This document shows, piece after piece, positions 52,192 to 60,657 of a stretch of DNA of 64,000 nt. How positions within the stretch are numbered: position 1 is the first letter of the stretch; every line of letters begins with the position of its first letter. The translations under genes and the position numbers were made by a program. The notes below the pieces were generated by a model. That model searched no databases. It was not told the origin of the DNA and saw only the letters and a program-made list of their open reading frames with translations. Origin of the DNA: an uncultured Candidatus Saccharibacteria bacterium (GTDB taxonomy: Bacteria > Patescibacteriota > Saccharimonadia > Saccharimonadales > JAGQNJ01); the NCBI GenBank assembly GCA_964577565.1, contig CAZNZL010000001.1, forward strand, positions 398,566 to 462,565, written 5' to 3'.

Positions 52192-52395
52192 TTACGAGAC
52201 ATAAGCACTATTCTCTGGTGCTTTTTTGTTCATTATTTTCCTAATTAACCACACGCAAACCAGCCACACCACTGGTGCAACAGCGATTAAAAACGGAAGA
52301 CCACTCATATTGGCTCCGACAATACAGACTGAAGCATTTATCTGTTCTTGAGTATAATCCAAAGGGCATTGCGGAGGGGTCAATAAATAATTCAA
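52192..52395 (-). CDS. possible small membrane protein (67 aa)
   Basis: One clear TM segment (LPFLIAVAPVVWLVCVWLI). No RBS checked. Confidence 0.3.
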   Translation of the reverse strand: MNYLLTPPQCPLDYTQEQINASVCIVGANMSGLPFLIAVAPVVWLVCVWLIRKIMNKKAPENSAYVS

Positions 52396-52572
52396 AATAG
52401 CTATAAAGGCGAGGCTAACAAAGTGCCGTAAAAATAAAGCCTATCGTTTTTCATAACTCAACTATGCCACCATTTAGTCTAATATTGGATGTAAAAGCGC
52501 CAAGATGGACCTTTAATCCCGACCATATTCACAACAGAGGCAATCTACCTCTATTTTTGTTACTATATAAAC

Positions 52573-53373
52573 ATGTCAAAACCTGATTTAGCCGTCTTGT
52601 ATTGGTTCTACAAGGAACCAGAAATTACCAAAAATCATCTTGAACTGCTTAGAAAACATAATCCTGGTCGTAAGATATTTGGTCTTTATGGAGGAGAAGA
52701 AAAGGATAAAGCCCAGTTTATTGGTGTGTTGAGTGGTTTGCTTGATGATTTCTGGGAGTACCCTGGTACATACGGCGTGGATTCCTATTCAAAATGGATC
52801 CACGGCGATCTGCTGTTACTAGATTGGTACGATAAGCGAGGCCGCAATCTCACTTGGGACAGCATCGCAATTACCCAATGGGACATGCTCGTTTTTGACG
52901 ACATTCTTAACATTTTGCCCGGCCTCCAGAAAGACCGGGTGTATTTTGCAGGCTATCGCACTATGGAAGAAAGCGTCGAGAACCGGTGGACCTGGACACG
53001 ACCTGACGGAAAGCATAGAGCTCAATACGAAGAGTTCTGTGATTTTGTCGATAAGACTTATGGCTGGAAAGAACCGTTGAAAATTTGCCTATACCTCTTC
53101 GAGGTCTTAACACGACAGTTCTATGATAACTACCTCAAGGTCAACAATAAATACATTGGCATGCTCGAGTACAAAGATCCGACCCTTGCTGCAGCGTGGG
53201 GAATGGATATTTATAAGAAGGATCTTGGTGTTTATTGGGGTGATCGGTATACAAAAGACACACCTGCGCTCATAGCTAAGGGCAATATGTACGTTTCAGA
53301 TAAATTTATAAAAGAACAGCTTAATGAACCCGACGGCTGGCGCATTTTTCACCCAAACTTATCTAACTGGTAA
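52573..53373 (+). CDS. hypothetical protein (266 aa)
   Basis: Long Trp/Tyr-rich ORF. ATG lies 6 nt after TGtTACTAT. No domain recognised. Confidence 0.5.
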   Translation: MSKPDLAVLYWFYKEPEITKNHLELLRKHNPGRKIFGLYGGEEKDKAQFIGVLSGLLDDFWEYPGTYGVDSYSKWIHGDLLLLDWYDKRGRNLTWDSIAITQWDMLVFDDILNILPGLQKDRVYFAGYRTMEESVENRWTWTRPDGKHRAQYEEFCDFVDKTYGWKEPLKICLYLFEVLTRQFYDNYLKVNNKYIGMLEYKDPTLAAAWGMDIYKKDLGVYWGDRYTKDTPALIAKGNMYVSDKFIKEQLNEPDGWRIFHPNLSNW

Positions 53374-53459
53374 TAGATGCCCCATATTCCACGATGGCTC
53401 TCCATGCGGTTATGCTTAAAATAAAGGCTTCTTGTCTTGTTTTTAGTATAATTCAACTT

Positions 53460-53762
53460 ATGATCAATCAACACCAACATATCGGCAATATTCATAAAAA
53501 ACGAAAGAAAAGACCCAAGCACTACGTAGTGTTGGCCTCAAGCATAATTTACCCTCTATCAACAAGTCCGCAAATCGTGGAAATATTCCGAAAAAAATCA
53601 GCTGTAAATGTTTCATTGATTACTTTTTTACTGTACCTTTTTTTCACTTTTGTTTTTTTAAGCTATGGAGTGAGTGAAAAGTTAAAACCCATAATTGTGC
53701 TCCAATCATTATGGCTCGCAATGTACTCAATCGTTATTGTTGGAATAGTACTATACAGCTAG
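53460..53762 (+). CDS. 3-TM PQ-loop/SemiSWEET-like small membrane protein (tentative)
   Basis: LASSIIYPLSTSPQIVEIF (PQ motif) plus two more TM segments. ATG 53460 lies 7 nt after TATAAT. Confidence 0.45.
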   Translation: MINQHQHIGNIHKKRKKRPKHYVVLASSIIYPLSTSPQIVEIFRKKSAVNVSLITFLLYLFFTFVFLSYGVSEKLKPIIVLQSLWLAMYSIVIVGIVLYS

Positions 53763-54175
53763 TTTGATAATGCGTTTATGGCAGAATTTGAATCAATAGA
53801 ACCCACAAGCTTAATAAAACAAATCCGTAGCTAAGAATGTGTTTACGACCCGAAAGTTATTGCTGCATTAAACTTTGCTTCATTTCTAAGACCACATATT
53901 GAGAATCTCGTAGAAGACCTCAGAAGACAAACTTAAGACGGATCTACTATGGATGGTGGACTTAAAGACGTGACGGAGGTGGTTAGAACGGGCCTGCAGC
54001 TTGCAATTGAACATCAAGAAGGCATGATGACTGCTATGCCGGCAACCCTAGTTGATGGCAGCGAACCACTATAGTCACAATTGCATTCACGATAACTATA
54101 CGATTTTGGTTACTTTATAACGTAAAAAGCAACTATAGATATATGCTACACTGTAGGTGTTAGATAACTGTAACA

Positions 54176-55138
54176 ATGAAAACAAAAAAGAAAACCGGGC
54201 ACAAACATCAAACACGATATGAGCTGATACGACAAAAAATCTATCAGAAAAAATTTATAGTACCGTTGACCATTGCATTAATTGGCTCTTTTTTCGTATG
54301 GAAGAGTTTTGCGGGCACGGTTGGGCAGCCCCCTATTTGCACCACCAGAACGAGTGTAGCAAAAAATGATATTCAATCTATGTCAGCGTGTAAAACTATT
54401 GGCAAAACAGGAGGCATAACCTATTGGCTCGATACATCCAACCCTGGCAAACGCATCCATATTGTACGCATTGATCTGACGAACAAGCATATGTACATCC
54501 GAGCTTCGCAATTTGATGAACGTGGCCAAACACCGAGCGAATTTGCGCATGCCACTAAAGCATTGGCCGCGATAAACGGCGATTTCTTCTATCCGGAAAA
54601 TAACTTTATAACCAATGGCTTGGCCGTTGGAAACGGCCTGCAGTGGCCTTTTACGGCCGATAAAAAGACAGCTAGCTTTATTGCCTGTACTATATACAGT
54701 GACTGTTTTATCGATACACATAATACTGAAGCAACACTCGATCCTGAACAATATACAACGGTAGTAGGCGGATCTGAAATCTTATTAGAGCCTAATTTTC
54801 AATGGCAACTCAAGCCCGGCCAGCCCGGTTGCGGTGATAAAGAGCATACCTGCAGTGCTTCACACCCACGTACAGCCGTAGGGTTGAGTTATGATAGAAA
54901 AACTATGTGGTGGGTAGTGGTTGAAGGGCGTCAAAAATACGTTTCTGGCATGTCCTTATATGATTTAACTAAAACTCTCAAACGGCTCGGAGCAGCCTGG
55001 GCAATCAATCTTGATGGTGGTGGAAGTTCGAGCATGGTAATTAATGGGCAGCTCGTTAACAATCGCCCCGATGACAGCCCTTATGAACGTAAGGTGGGTA
55101 ATGTTTTGGGCGTCGTTGAGCTACCGGCACCCAAGTAA
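54176..55138 (+). CDS. phosphodiester glycosidase (NAGPA/DUF2233) family protein, membrane-anchored
   Basis: AAINGDFF and AINLDGGGSSSMV signature segments, with an N-terminal TM anchor. Confidence 0.75.
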   Translation: MKTKKKTGHKHQTRYELIRQKIYQKKFIVPLTIALIGSFFVWKSFAGTVGQPPICTTRTSVAKNDIQSMSACKTIGKTGGITYWLDTSNPGKRIHIVRIDLTNKHMYIRASQFDERGQTPSEFAHATKALAAINGDFFYPENNFITNGLAVGNGLQWPFTADKKTASFIACTIYSDCFIDTHNTEATLDPEQYTTVVGGSEILLEPNFQWQLKPGQPGCGDKEHTCSASHPRTAVGLSYDRKTMWWVVVEGRQKYVSGMSLYDLTKTLKRLGAAWAINLDGGGSSSMVINGQLVNNRPDDSPYERKVGNVLGVVELPAPK

Positions 55139-55141
55139 TAT

Positions 55142-55435
55142 ATGAAGAAAAAACGCCTAAAATCAACAAAACGACAAGCGCAAAATTCATTGGGCAGGTT
55201 TATTATAATTCTTGGTATCGTAAACGTGTTTGCTACCCTGCCTCAGATATATCAAATCTGGGCCCACCAAAATAGTAATGGTGTGTCAATTATCGCCTGG
55301 GCTTACTACGTTTTTTATACCGTAATACTGTTTGTGTATGCATCTTCTCTTAAGTCTAAACCAATGACCATTATATACGCGAGCAACACCCTTATTTATA
55401 CCCTTGTATTAGTCACAGCCTTTTTGTTTCGATAG
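55142..55435 (+). CDS. 3-TM PQ-loop/SemiSWEET-like small membrane protein, paralogue of 53460-53762
   Basis: NVFATLPQIYQIW (PQ motif) and three TM segments. It starts 3 nt after the upstream stop. Confidence 0.5.
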   Translation: MKKKRLKSTKRQAQNSLGRFIIILGIVNVFATLPQIYQIWAHQNSNGVSIIAWAYYVFYTVILFVYASSLKSKPMTIIYASNTLIYTLVLVTAFLFR

Positions 55436-55570
55436 CTTATCAGACTTGCCCCCTCGTCACCAGTGTATAATTTTTAACTGCAAATTGCCGTAACAGGCTT
55501 ATACCTACTAAGTGCTTATGGATGCATTTTTTGACAAGAGGTATATAATTGTAGTCGTTCTTCTAAAGGT

Positions 55571-56596
55571 GTGAGAAATATCACAATGTTAAGGAATATT
55601 GAGTTCCCGATTGCAGTTTTGCGAGTTGGCCTTGCTGGTTTATTACTAGCAGCTAGTTTGCCACTTTTAGCCCTGTTACCACCGCTTGCTCATAGCGAAA
55701 GCAAGGCTTCTTCATCACACCATAAATCCGCTAGTACCTACTCGGTTGCGTATAATGACAGCCCGAATGTAGTAACCTCGGGGCTAGCCAACAGCACTGC
55801 ACAGGCTTCACAGACAGTTGACTCAACAATTGATTCGATGTGGAACGGCCTTCATCACTCATCAATTGCTGCCTATAACGGCTTGCGCCAAGTCGGTTCA
55901 GCCAGCGCCGCTACCGCTAGAACAGGAGCCACCTATACATGGCAAGCCATCTTGTATCTTGGTGATGTAACTGAACGCGGTGCCAATTATACCGTTAACA
56001 ATGTTTATCAAAGTGCCGTATTTATTGCACGTTTACCTGGTGTATTAGCTACACAGTTTGCACGCATACCTTCCATTAATGGTTATTTAAGACCGTCTGC
56101 CTATGCCAAAACTCCTACCATAGAAACCCTGCATTCTGCCCCTTCTCGCGATACTCGCGCTTCTTCAACCGCTTCTCAAAATGAATTACTCAATATAACC
56201 CCAGACTCATCGTGGCCAATCAGGGGCCGTGTGACGACTTTGTTTGGGGTTCCGCACCGGCCGTTTCAGCCGTTTCATACGGGTATTGATATTAGCTCGG
56301 GGCAACGATCGGGTGTAACTGAAGTTAAGCCGTTTAGGACCGGGCAGGTTAAGGAGGTTGTTTGGTCACGATATGGTCTTGGCAACCACGTCATTGTTTC
56401 GCACGGCAATGGCTTAACATCAGTGTATGCTCACCTGAGCTCAATTACGGTAGCCAACAAGCAGGTTGTAGATACCAATACGGTACTTGGGCTAGAGGGC
56501 ACCACTGGTCTCTCAACAGGCACCCATTTGCACTTTGAAATCAGGGAAAACGGCAAACCCGTCAACCCCAAACATTACATAAAAGCAAACCTCTAA
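55571..56596 (+). CDS. M23-family metallopeptidase (peptidoglycan endopeptidase)
   Basis: HTGIDI, GNHVIVSHGNGLTSVYAHL and GTHLHFEI motifs, with an N-terminal signal/TM segment. Confidence 0.85.
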   Translation: MRNITMLRNIEFPIAVLRVGLAGLLLAASLPLLALLPPLAHSESKASSSHHKSASTYSVAYNDSPNVVTSGLANSTAQASQTVDSTIDSMWNGLHHSSIAAYNGLRQVGSASAATARTGATYTWQAILYLGDVTERGANYTVNNVYQSAVFIARLPGVLATQFARIPSINGYLRPSAYAKTPTIETLHSAPSRDTRASSTASQNELLNITPDSSWPIRGRVTTLFGVPHRPFQPFHTGIDISSGQRSGVTEVKPFRTGQVKEVVWSRYGLGNHVIVSHGNGLTSVYAHLSSITVANKQVVDTNTVLGLEGTTGLSTGTHLHFEIRENGKPVNPKHYIKANL

Positions 56597-56628
56597 TGCT
56601 TACGTGTATAAAGCATCAAAACGCCAAG

Positions 56629-56805
56629 CTAATCAACTGAAGGGACCTTACCGCCCGCCTTGCGTGCTTTTGACAAACCTATCGCAACCGCTTGCTGGCG
56701 ATTAGTAACCTTTTGACCGCTTTTACCGCTCTTTAGCCTACCTTCCTTAAACTCGTGCATAGCTTGCTCAACTTCATGTTGCGCCTTAGGACCATACTTG
56801 TTCAT
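56629..56805 (-). CDS. small basic protein (58 aa), unannotated by the ORF track
   Basis: MNKYGPKAQHEVEQAMHEFKEGRLKSGKSGQKVTNRQQAVAIGLSKARKAGGKVPSVD, with a GGGAG RBS. It resembles a widespread small-protein family, but I am not certain of the name. Confidence 0.5.
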   Translation of the reverse strand: MNKYGPKAQHEVEQAMHEFKEGRLKSGKSGQKVTNRQQAVAIGLSKARKAGGKVPSVD

Positions 56806-56831
56806 AGTTACTCCCTACCTGAGTCTTATCT

Positions 56832-56942
56832 TCATAAATAACGTGATGCTTGCTTGCGGCTTTTATATCGGCCTAACTCTTGAAAGCCAGAAACAACTTT
56901 TCGTAACTCACGCCGTGTTCTGTTTGTATGCGTAGCCATCAT
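56832..56942 (-). CDS. possible small basic protein (36 aa)
   Basis: MMATHTNRTRRELRKVVSGFQELGRYKSRKQASRYL with an AAGGAG RBS. This is the C-terminal part of the track's 73-aa ORF. Confidence 0.3.
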   Translation of the reverse strand: MMATHTNRTRRELRKVVSGFQELGRYKSRKQASRYL

Positions 56943-56979
56943 CTGCTCCTTTTCAATTTCAACTTTATTAGCCCTATGC

Positions 56980-57096
56980 TTAATCGTAAATCTCTTCGTC
57001 TGCGTCTGGCATAGTTCGCTGTAAATCTTCAAGCTGATCATCCGGCAAGTCACGCATTAGATCAGGATCCTTATTGTTATCTGGTTGCTGTGCCAT
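56980..57096 (-). CDS. possible small acidic protein (38 aa)
   Basis: MAQQPDNNKDPDLMRDLPDDQLEDLQRTMPDADEEIYD, with an AGGAGG RBS 7 nt upstream. Confidence 0.35.
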   Translation of the reverse strand: MAQQPDNNKDPDLMRDLPDDQLEDLQRTMPDADEEIYD

Positions 57097-57272
57097 ATAA
57101 ACCCTCCTTTACTTAACCAAAGCAAGCCTGCTATGGTTACCTCATAATACAGGGGTACATCGGGGCATACAGTAAGAAAATTAACATGTTATCCTGTAAG
57201 AATTTTGATATACAAAACGACCGAGCAGCGCGTACGCTAATAAGCGTTACGTAACGTATAAGGAGGAGTACT

Positions 57273-57443
57273 ATGACTCGAAACAGCAATCAAAATGCAG
57301 GTAATTTTGCCCAAAATAAAAAACGTGCCAGCGAGGCTGGTAAGAAAGGTGGCTCAGAAAGCCCCGGTAACTTTAAGAATGATCCCCAACGAGCCAGCGA
57401 AGCCGGCCGAAAGGGTGGCTCACGCTCTAGAAGAACCTCATAG
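57273..57443 (+). CDS. KGG-repeat stress-induced protein (56 aa)
   Basis: Two repeats of GNF..RASEAG(K/R)KGGS, with an AAGGAGG RBS. It is out of frame with the track ORF 57295-57534. Confidence 0.7.
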   Translation: MTRNSNQNAGNFAQNKKRASEAGKKGGSESPGNFKNDPQRASEAGRKGGSRSRRTS

Positions 57444-57477
57444 GGGCTTACCTAACAGCCACACTACAAACGGCATA

Positions 57478-57510
57478 AAAGAGATTCCCTTAGAGAATCT
57501 CTTTTTGGGT
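57478..57510 (+). terminator. intrinsic terminator after the KGG gene
   Basis: AAAGAGATTC-ccttaga-GAATCTCTTT perfect 10-bp stem followed by TTGGGTTT. Confidence 0.65.
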
Positions 57511-57597
57511 TTGCGACCTGTATTTGGCTTGTAGCGCACAAGAAGAAGTTGATCAACCTTATAGCTTGCGCCAAAATCGGTTATACTAGACATAAGC

Positions 57598-57990
57598 ATG
57601 AAGCACAATGAGTCGGGACTGACCCTAGTTGAGCTGCTCGTCACCATTCTCGTAATTGGCGTTATTTTTGCTGGTCTGAGCAATATTTTTATTAGTATTC
57701 AGCGAGCGCAGGTACAAACAAGCTATCTCGATAGCGCTACCAGAGCTGCCCAACGGCAAATCGAATCATTGCGTAACAGTAATTACAATAATTTAATAGC
57801 CGGCCAAACCATTGATTTTTCTGACAATCTGCCTGACACGCTGCCACAAGGCAGTAGCGGTTTTGTTGTCGTAAGCGAGCCATCACCTGATATAAAACGC
57901 GTTGATGTAACGGTTACTTATACGTATGGCGGTGATACGCGCAACGTTAGCCTCAGTTCACTAATTGGCGTGATCGGAATCGTACAATGA
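57598..57990 (+). CDS. type IV minor pilin/pseudopilin (PilV/GspH-like)
   Basis: Prepilin N-terminus HNESG|LTLVELLVTILVIGVIFAGL. Confidence 0.75.
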   Translation: MKHNESGLTLVELLVTILVIGVIFAGLSNIFISIQRAQVQTSYLDSATRAAQRQIESLRNSNYNNLIAGQTIDFSDNLPDTLPQGSSGFVVVSEPSPDIKRVDVTVTYTYGGDTRNVSLSSLIGVIGIVQ

Positions 57991-58649
57991 GATCTAGTAA
58001 AGGTTTTACGCTGGTTGAAACCATTATTGCGCTGAGCGTCACCAGCTTGCTGATTTTTATCATCATTAACTTTATGACCAATAGCATCGTACAATACAGC
58101 ATTGTTGAGGCACGCTCGCAACTACTTGGGGAGGCGCAAGCTGCCCTTGACCTCATTGGCAATGATGTGCGACTTTCGGGTAATGCCGATGCAAACAACA
58201 GATGGGACGACGCTCATGCACCTGATGCTCCCGCCAACCTTTTAAGTTGGGTATCAGACGACGATACGCTTGTTTTAGCCACGGCTGTAGAAGATACTGC
58301 CGGTAACATTATTTTTGCTGACCCTGCTCTTTATATTTCAGAAAAGAATAATCTCATTTATTACCTTAACAACGGCACATTATATAAACGAACACTAGCC
58401 TCGCCCGTAGCGGGCAACAACGCTACAACCACCTGCCCACCACCATCCGCAACCCAAAATTGCCCCAGTGATCGAGAGATTTTAACTCATGTTGACACGT
58501 TCACGGTTCGTTATTTTAATGACCAAAATCAAGAGGTAACACCAACTGCCGCTCGCTCTATAGAGATATACGTTAAACTGCAAGATACAAAGTACAAGCA
58601 AGCCATCAGCGTAGATTATGAAACAAGAATGGTGTTTAGAAATGATTAA
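57987..58649 (+). CDS. type IV minor pilin/pseudopilin (PilW-like)
   Basis: Prepilin N-terminus SSKG|FTLVETIIALSVTSLLIF. ATGA overlap upstream. Confidence 0.7.
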   Translation: MRSSKGFTLVETIIALSVTSLLIFIIINFMTNSIVQYSIVEARSQLLGEAQAALDLIGNDVRLSGNADANNRWDDAHAPDAPANLLSWVSDDDTLVLATAVEDTAGNIIFADPALYISEKNNLIYYLNNGTLYKRTLASPVAGNNATTTCPPPSATQNCPSDREILTHVDTFTVRYFNDQNQEVTPTAARSIEIYVKLQDTKYKQAISVDYETRMVFRND

Positions 58650-60051
58650 AAACGTAATGCAGCGCATTCAAAAACAACAAAATGGCGTACTACTGGCAAG
58701 TGTATTGATTATAACGGCTGTGTTGTTGGTTGTGAGCTTTTCTTTAACCAGCCTAGCGATCAGCCAGTATGCAATTAGCAACAATAAGGTCTTTTCAGCC
58801 AACGCACTTATGGTGGCAGAAGCCGGCATTGAACAAGCCGTTAAAGAAATTAATGAGGATGAGAATTTTGGCGGCCACTCTACGGAACAAGAGTTCTTTA
58901 ACAACGCAACTCAGGGACGCGGCACGTATACCACCACCATAACCGCTATGGCAGACACGAATGCCAAACAAATCGTTTCAACCGGCAACGTCTATCGTTT
59001 TAATAAAACCGAAGTTGAAAGCTCACGGATTGTTAAGGTAACGATTGTGGGTACAAGTTCAGAGGGGTATGCGGTGCACACCGGGCCAGGCGGCTTGGTA
59101 CTGGGTGGCAGCACCAATGTGACTAACACCGATGTCTTCGTGAATGGTAATTTAAGCATGTCTGGTTCGGCACGTATCGGTACTCATGCACAACCAGTAA
59201 ATGTTAGCGTTGCTCACCAGTCATGCCCGAGCGGCCCCAACCCGGGGTCAACCTATCCGCAAGTATGCTCAAGCGGTGAACCAATCTCCTTTAATGGCAA
59301 TAGTACTAGAATTTATGGTACTGTTTGTGCGACTAATCAAACCAGCTCAGGCCCCGCAAACGGAGGCAATATACTACCCGGCAGTGATGGCCAGGGACTG
59401 CAGCTGGGCTGCACCGCTCCGCCCGTTTCCACGCCTACCTACAGCCGTCAAAATCATATTAATAATGTTACGACTACCGCCAATGCAAACGACTATGGCT
59501 GCCAAGGTTCAAAACAAAAAACCCTAACTAGTAACTTGCAACTAAATGGCAATTTATCGATATCTGGTTCGTGCGAAATGTCGGTTCAAGGCAACGTGTA
59601 TATAACCGGTAATTTGTCAATTAGCGGCTCAACTCGCTTACGAGTAGCGGACAGTGTTGGTGCTAATCGTCCGGTTATTGTGGTTGACGGCACCATTTCT
59701 GTCAGCGGCTCTACGCAACTCATTGCAAACAGTAGCGGCACAGGTATACATTTTATTAGCTACAAAACGACCGCAGCCTGCAACCCTAACTGTTCGAGCG
59801 TGACCGGTACCGATCTAAAAACCTCGCAAGATCTAGAAACGGTCAGTGTCAGCGGTAGTGTTAATATGCCTGGCATGATCTTTCACGCCTATTGGAGCAA
59901 AGTCTCCATAAGCGGTAGCGGTAGCCTTGGTTCTGCTATAGGTCAGACGGTCAACTTAAGCGGATCAGGCACCATAACTTTTGGTACCGAACTATCGTCT
60001 GGCGTCAGAACCTGGACCATTACGAGTTATCAACAAGATTTTCCTGAATAA
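58642..60051 (+). CDS. PilX-like minor pilin with a large beta-helix-like C-terminal domain
   Basis: PilX-type N-terminus NGVLLASVLIITAVLLVVSFSL..AEAGIEQA and a repeated (N/T)(L/I)S(I/V)SGS motif. Start at ATG 58642, overlapping the upstream stop. Confidence 0.65.
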   Translation: MIKNVMQRIQKQQNGVLLASVLIITAVLLVVSFSLTSLAISQYAISNNKVFSANALMVAEAGIEQAVKEINEDENFGGHSTEQEFFNNATQGRGTYTTTITAMADTNAKQIVSTGNVYRFNKTEVESSRIVKVTIVGTSSEGYAVHTGPGGLVLGGSTNVTNTDVFVNGNLSMSGSARIGTHAQPVNVSVAHQSCPSGPNPGSTYPQVCSSGEPISFNGNSTRIYGTVCATNQTSSGPANGGNILPGSDGQGLQLGCTAPPVSTPTYSRQNHINNVTTTANANDYGCQGSKQKTLTSNLQLNGNLSISGSCEMSVQGNVYITGNLSISGSTRLRVADSVGANRPVIVVDGTISVSGSTQLIANSSGTGIHFISYKTTAACNPNCSSVTGTDLKTSQDLETVSVSGSVNMPGMIFHAYWSKVSISGSGSLGSAIGQTVNLSGSGTITFGTELSSGVRTWTITSYQQDFPE

Positions 60052-60077
60052 AAAAGCTCCCTTCCGGGCAGGGAGCT
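60051..60077 (-). terminator. intrinsic terminator of hsp20 (also closes the pilin operon)
   Basis: AGCTCCCT / AGGGAGCT 8-bp stem, with a U5 tail on the minus strand. Confidence 0.6.
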
Positions 60078-60098
60078 TGTTCAAAAAAGTCTCTCAAA

Positions 60099-60569
60099 TT
60101 ACTTTTTTGATTTGTCTGCTTTTGGCTTGTCTGACTTAGCCTTTGCGCTGATAGCAATGCGCTTTGGTGCCGGCAATTCTTTATACGGTACAGTTACCCG
60201 CAGTACGCCATTTTCAAACTTGGCGGTAATATTCTCTGCATCTGCGTTTTTCGGTAACGTAAAGCGTCGGTAATACTTATTAACGCTTTCACGTACCAGG
60301 TATTTACGATCTTTACTTTCTTCTTTTTCGGCGTGTTCAGCTTTGATCTCAAGCTCATTCTGGTGTTGTTCAACGCTAATCTCATCATCCTTAAAATTAG
60401 GAAGATGCGCTTCAACGGTTAGGCCGTTTTTGTCGCTAAACACATCGGTCGCCGGTGTCATACCGCTTGCGAGTGGCAGATTGCTGCCGAACGCATCATT
60501 AAAGAGTGAGTTAACTTGGTCATGGAGACTGTTGAGTTCCGCGAATGGATCCCATCGTATTAATGCCAT
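60099..60569 (-). CDS. small heat-shock protein (Hsp20/alpha-crystallin)
   Basis: Alpha-crystallin domain pattern ..FSDKNGLTVEAHLPNF..ISV..LEIKAE...RRFTLP..A.FENGVL.V.VPK. Confidence 0.9.
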   Translation of the reverse strand: MALIRWDPFAELNSLHDQVNSLFNDAFGSNLPLASGMTPATDVFSDKNGLTVEAHLPNFKDDEISVEQHQNELEIKAEHAEKEESKDRKYLVRESVNKYYRRFTLPKNADAENITAKFENGVLRVTVPYKELPAPKRIAISAKAKSDKPKADKSKK

Positions 60570-60617
60570 ATGTTTCCTCCTTTCTTTTAATCTTGCTTGT
60601 GGTTACTCCACACTTCT

Positions 60618-60646
60618 ATTATAGGAATTTAGCACTCTCGTGTCAA
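60618..60646 (-). promoter_or_regulatory. hsp20 promoter (TTGACA-17 nt-TATAAT)
   Basis: On the minus strand, -35 is at 60646-60641 (inside the CIRCE spacer) and -10 at 60623-60618. Confidence 0.6.
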
Positions 60647-60655
60647 GAGTGCTAA
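60629..60655. promoter_or_regulatory. CIRCE operator (HrcA binding site), perfect consensus
   Basis: TTAGCACTC-N9-GAGTGCTAA exactly, overlapping the -35 and spacer of the hsp20 promoter. Confidence 0.85.
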
Positions 60656-60657
60656 TA

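Noticed and set aside
53763-54175. Short ORF fragments (17 and 40 aa) that might be remnants of a decayed gene between the PQ-loop gene and the glycosidase.
   Set aside because: The fragments have no RBS and no recognisable similarity to anything. I cannot support a pseudogene call from sequence alone.
57295-57534. 79-aa track ORF overlapping the KGG-protein region.
   Set aside because: It is out of frame with the 56-aa ORF, which has an AAGGAGG RBS, KGG repeats and a terminator right after its stop.
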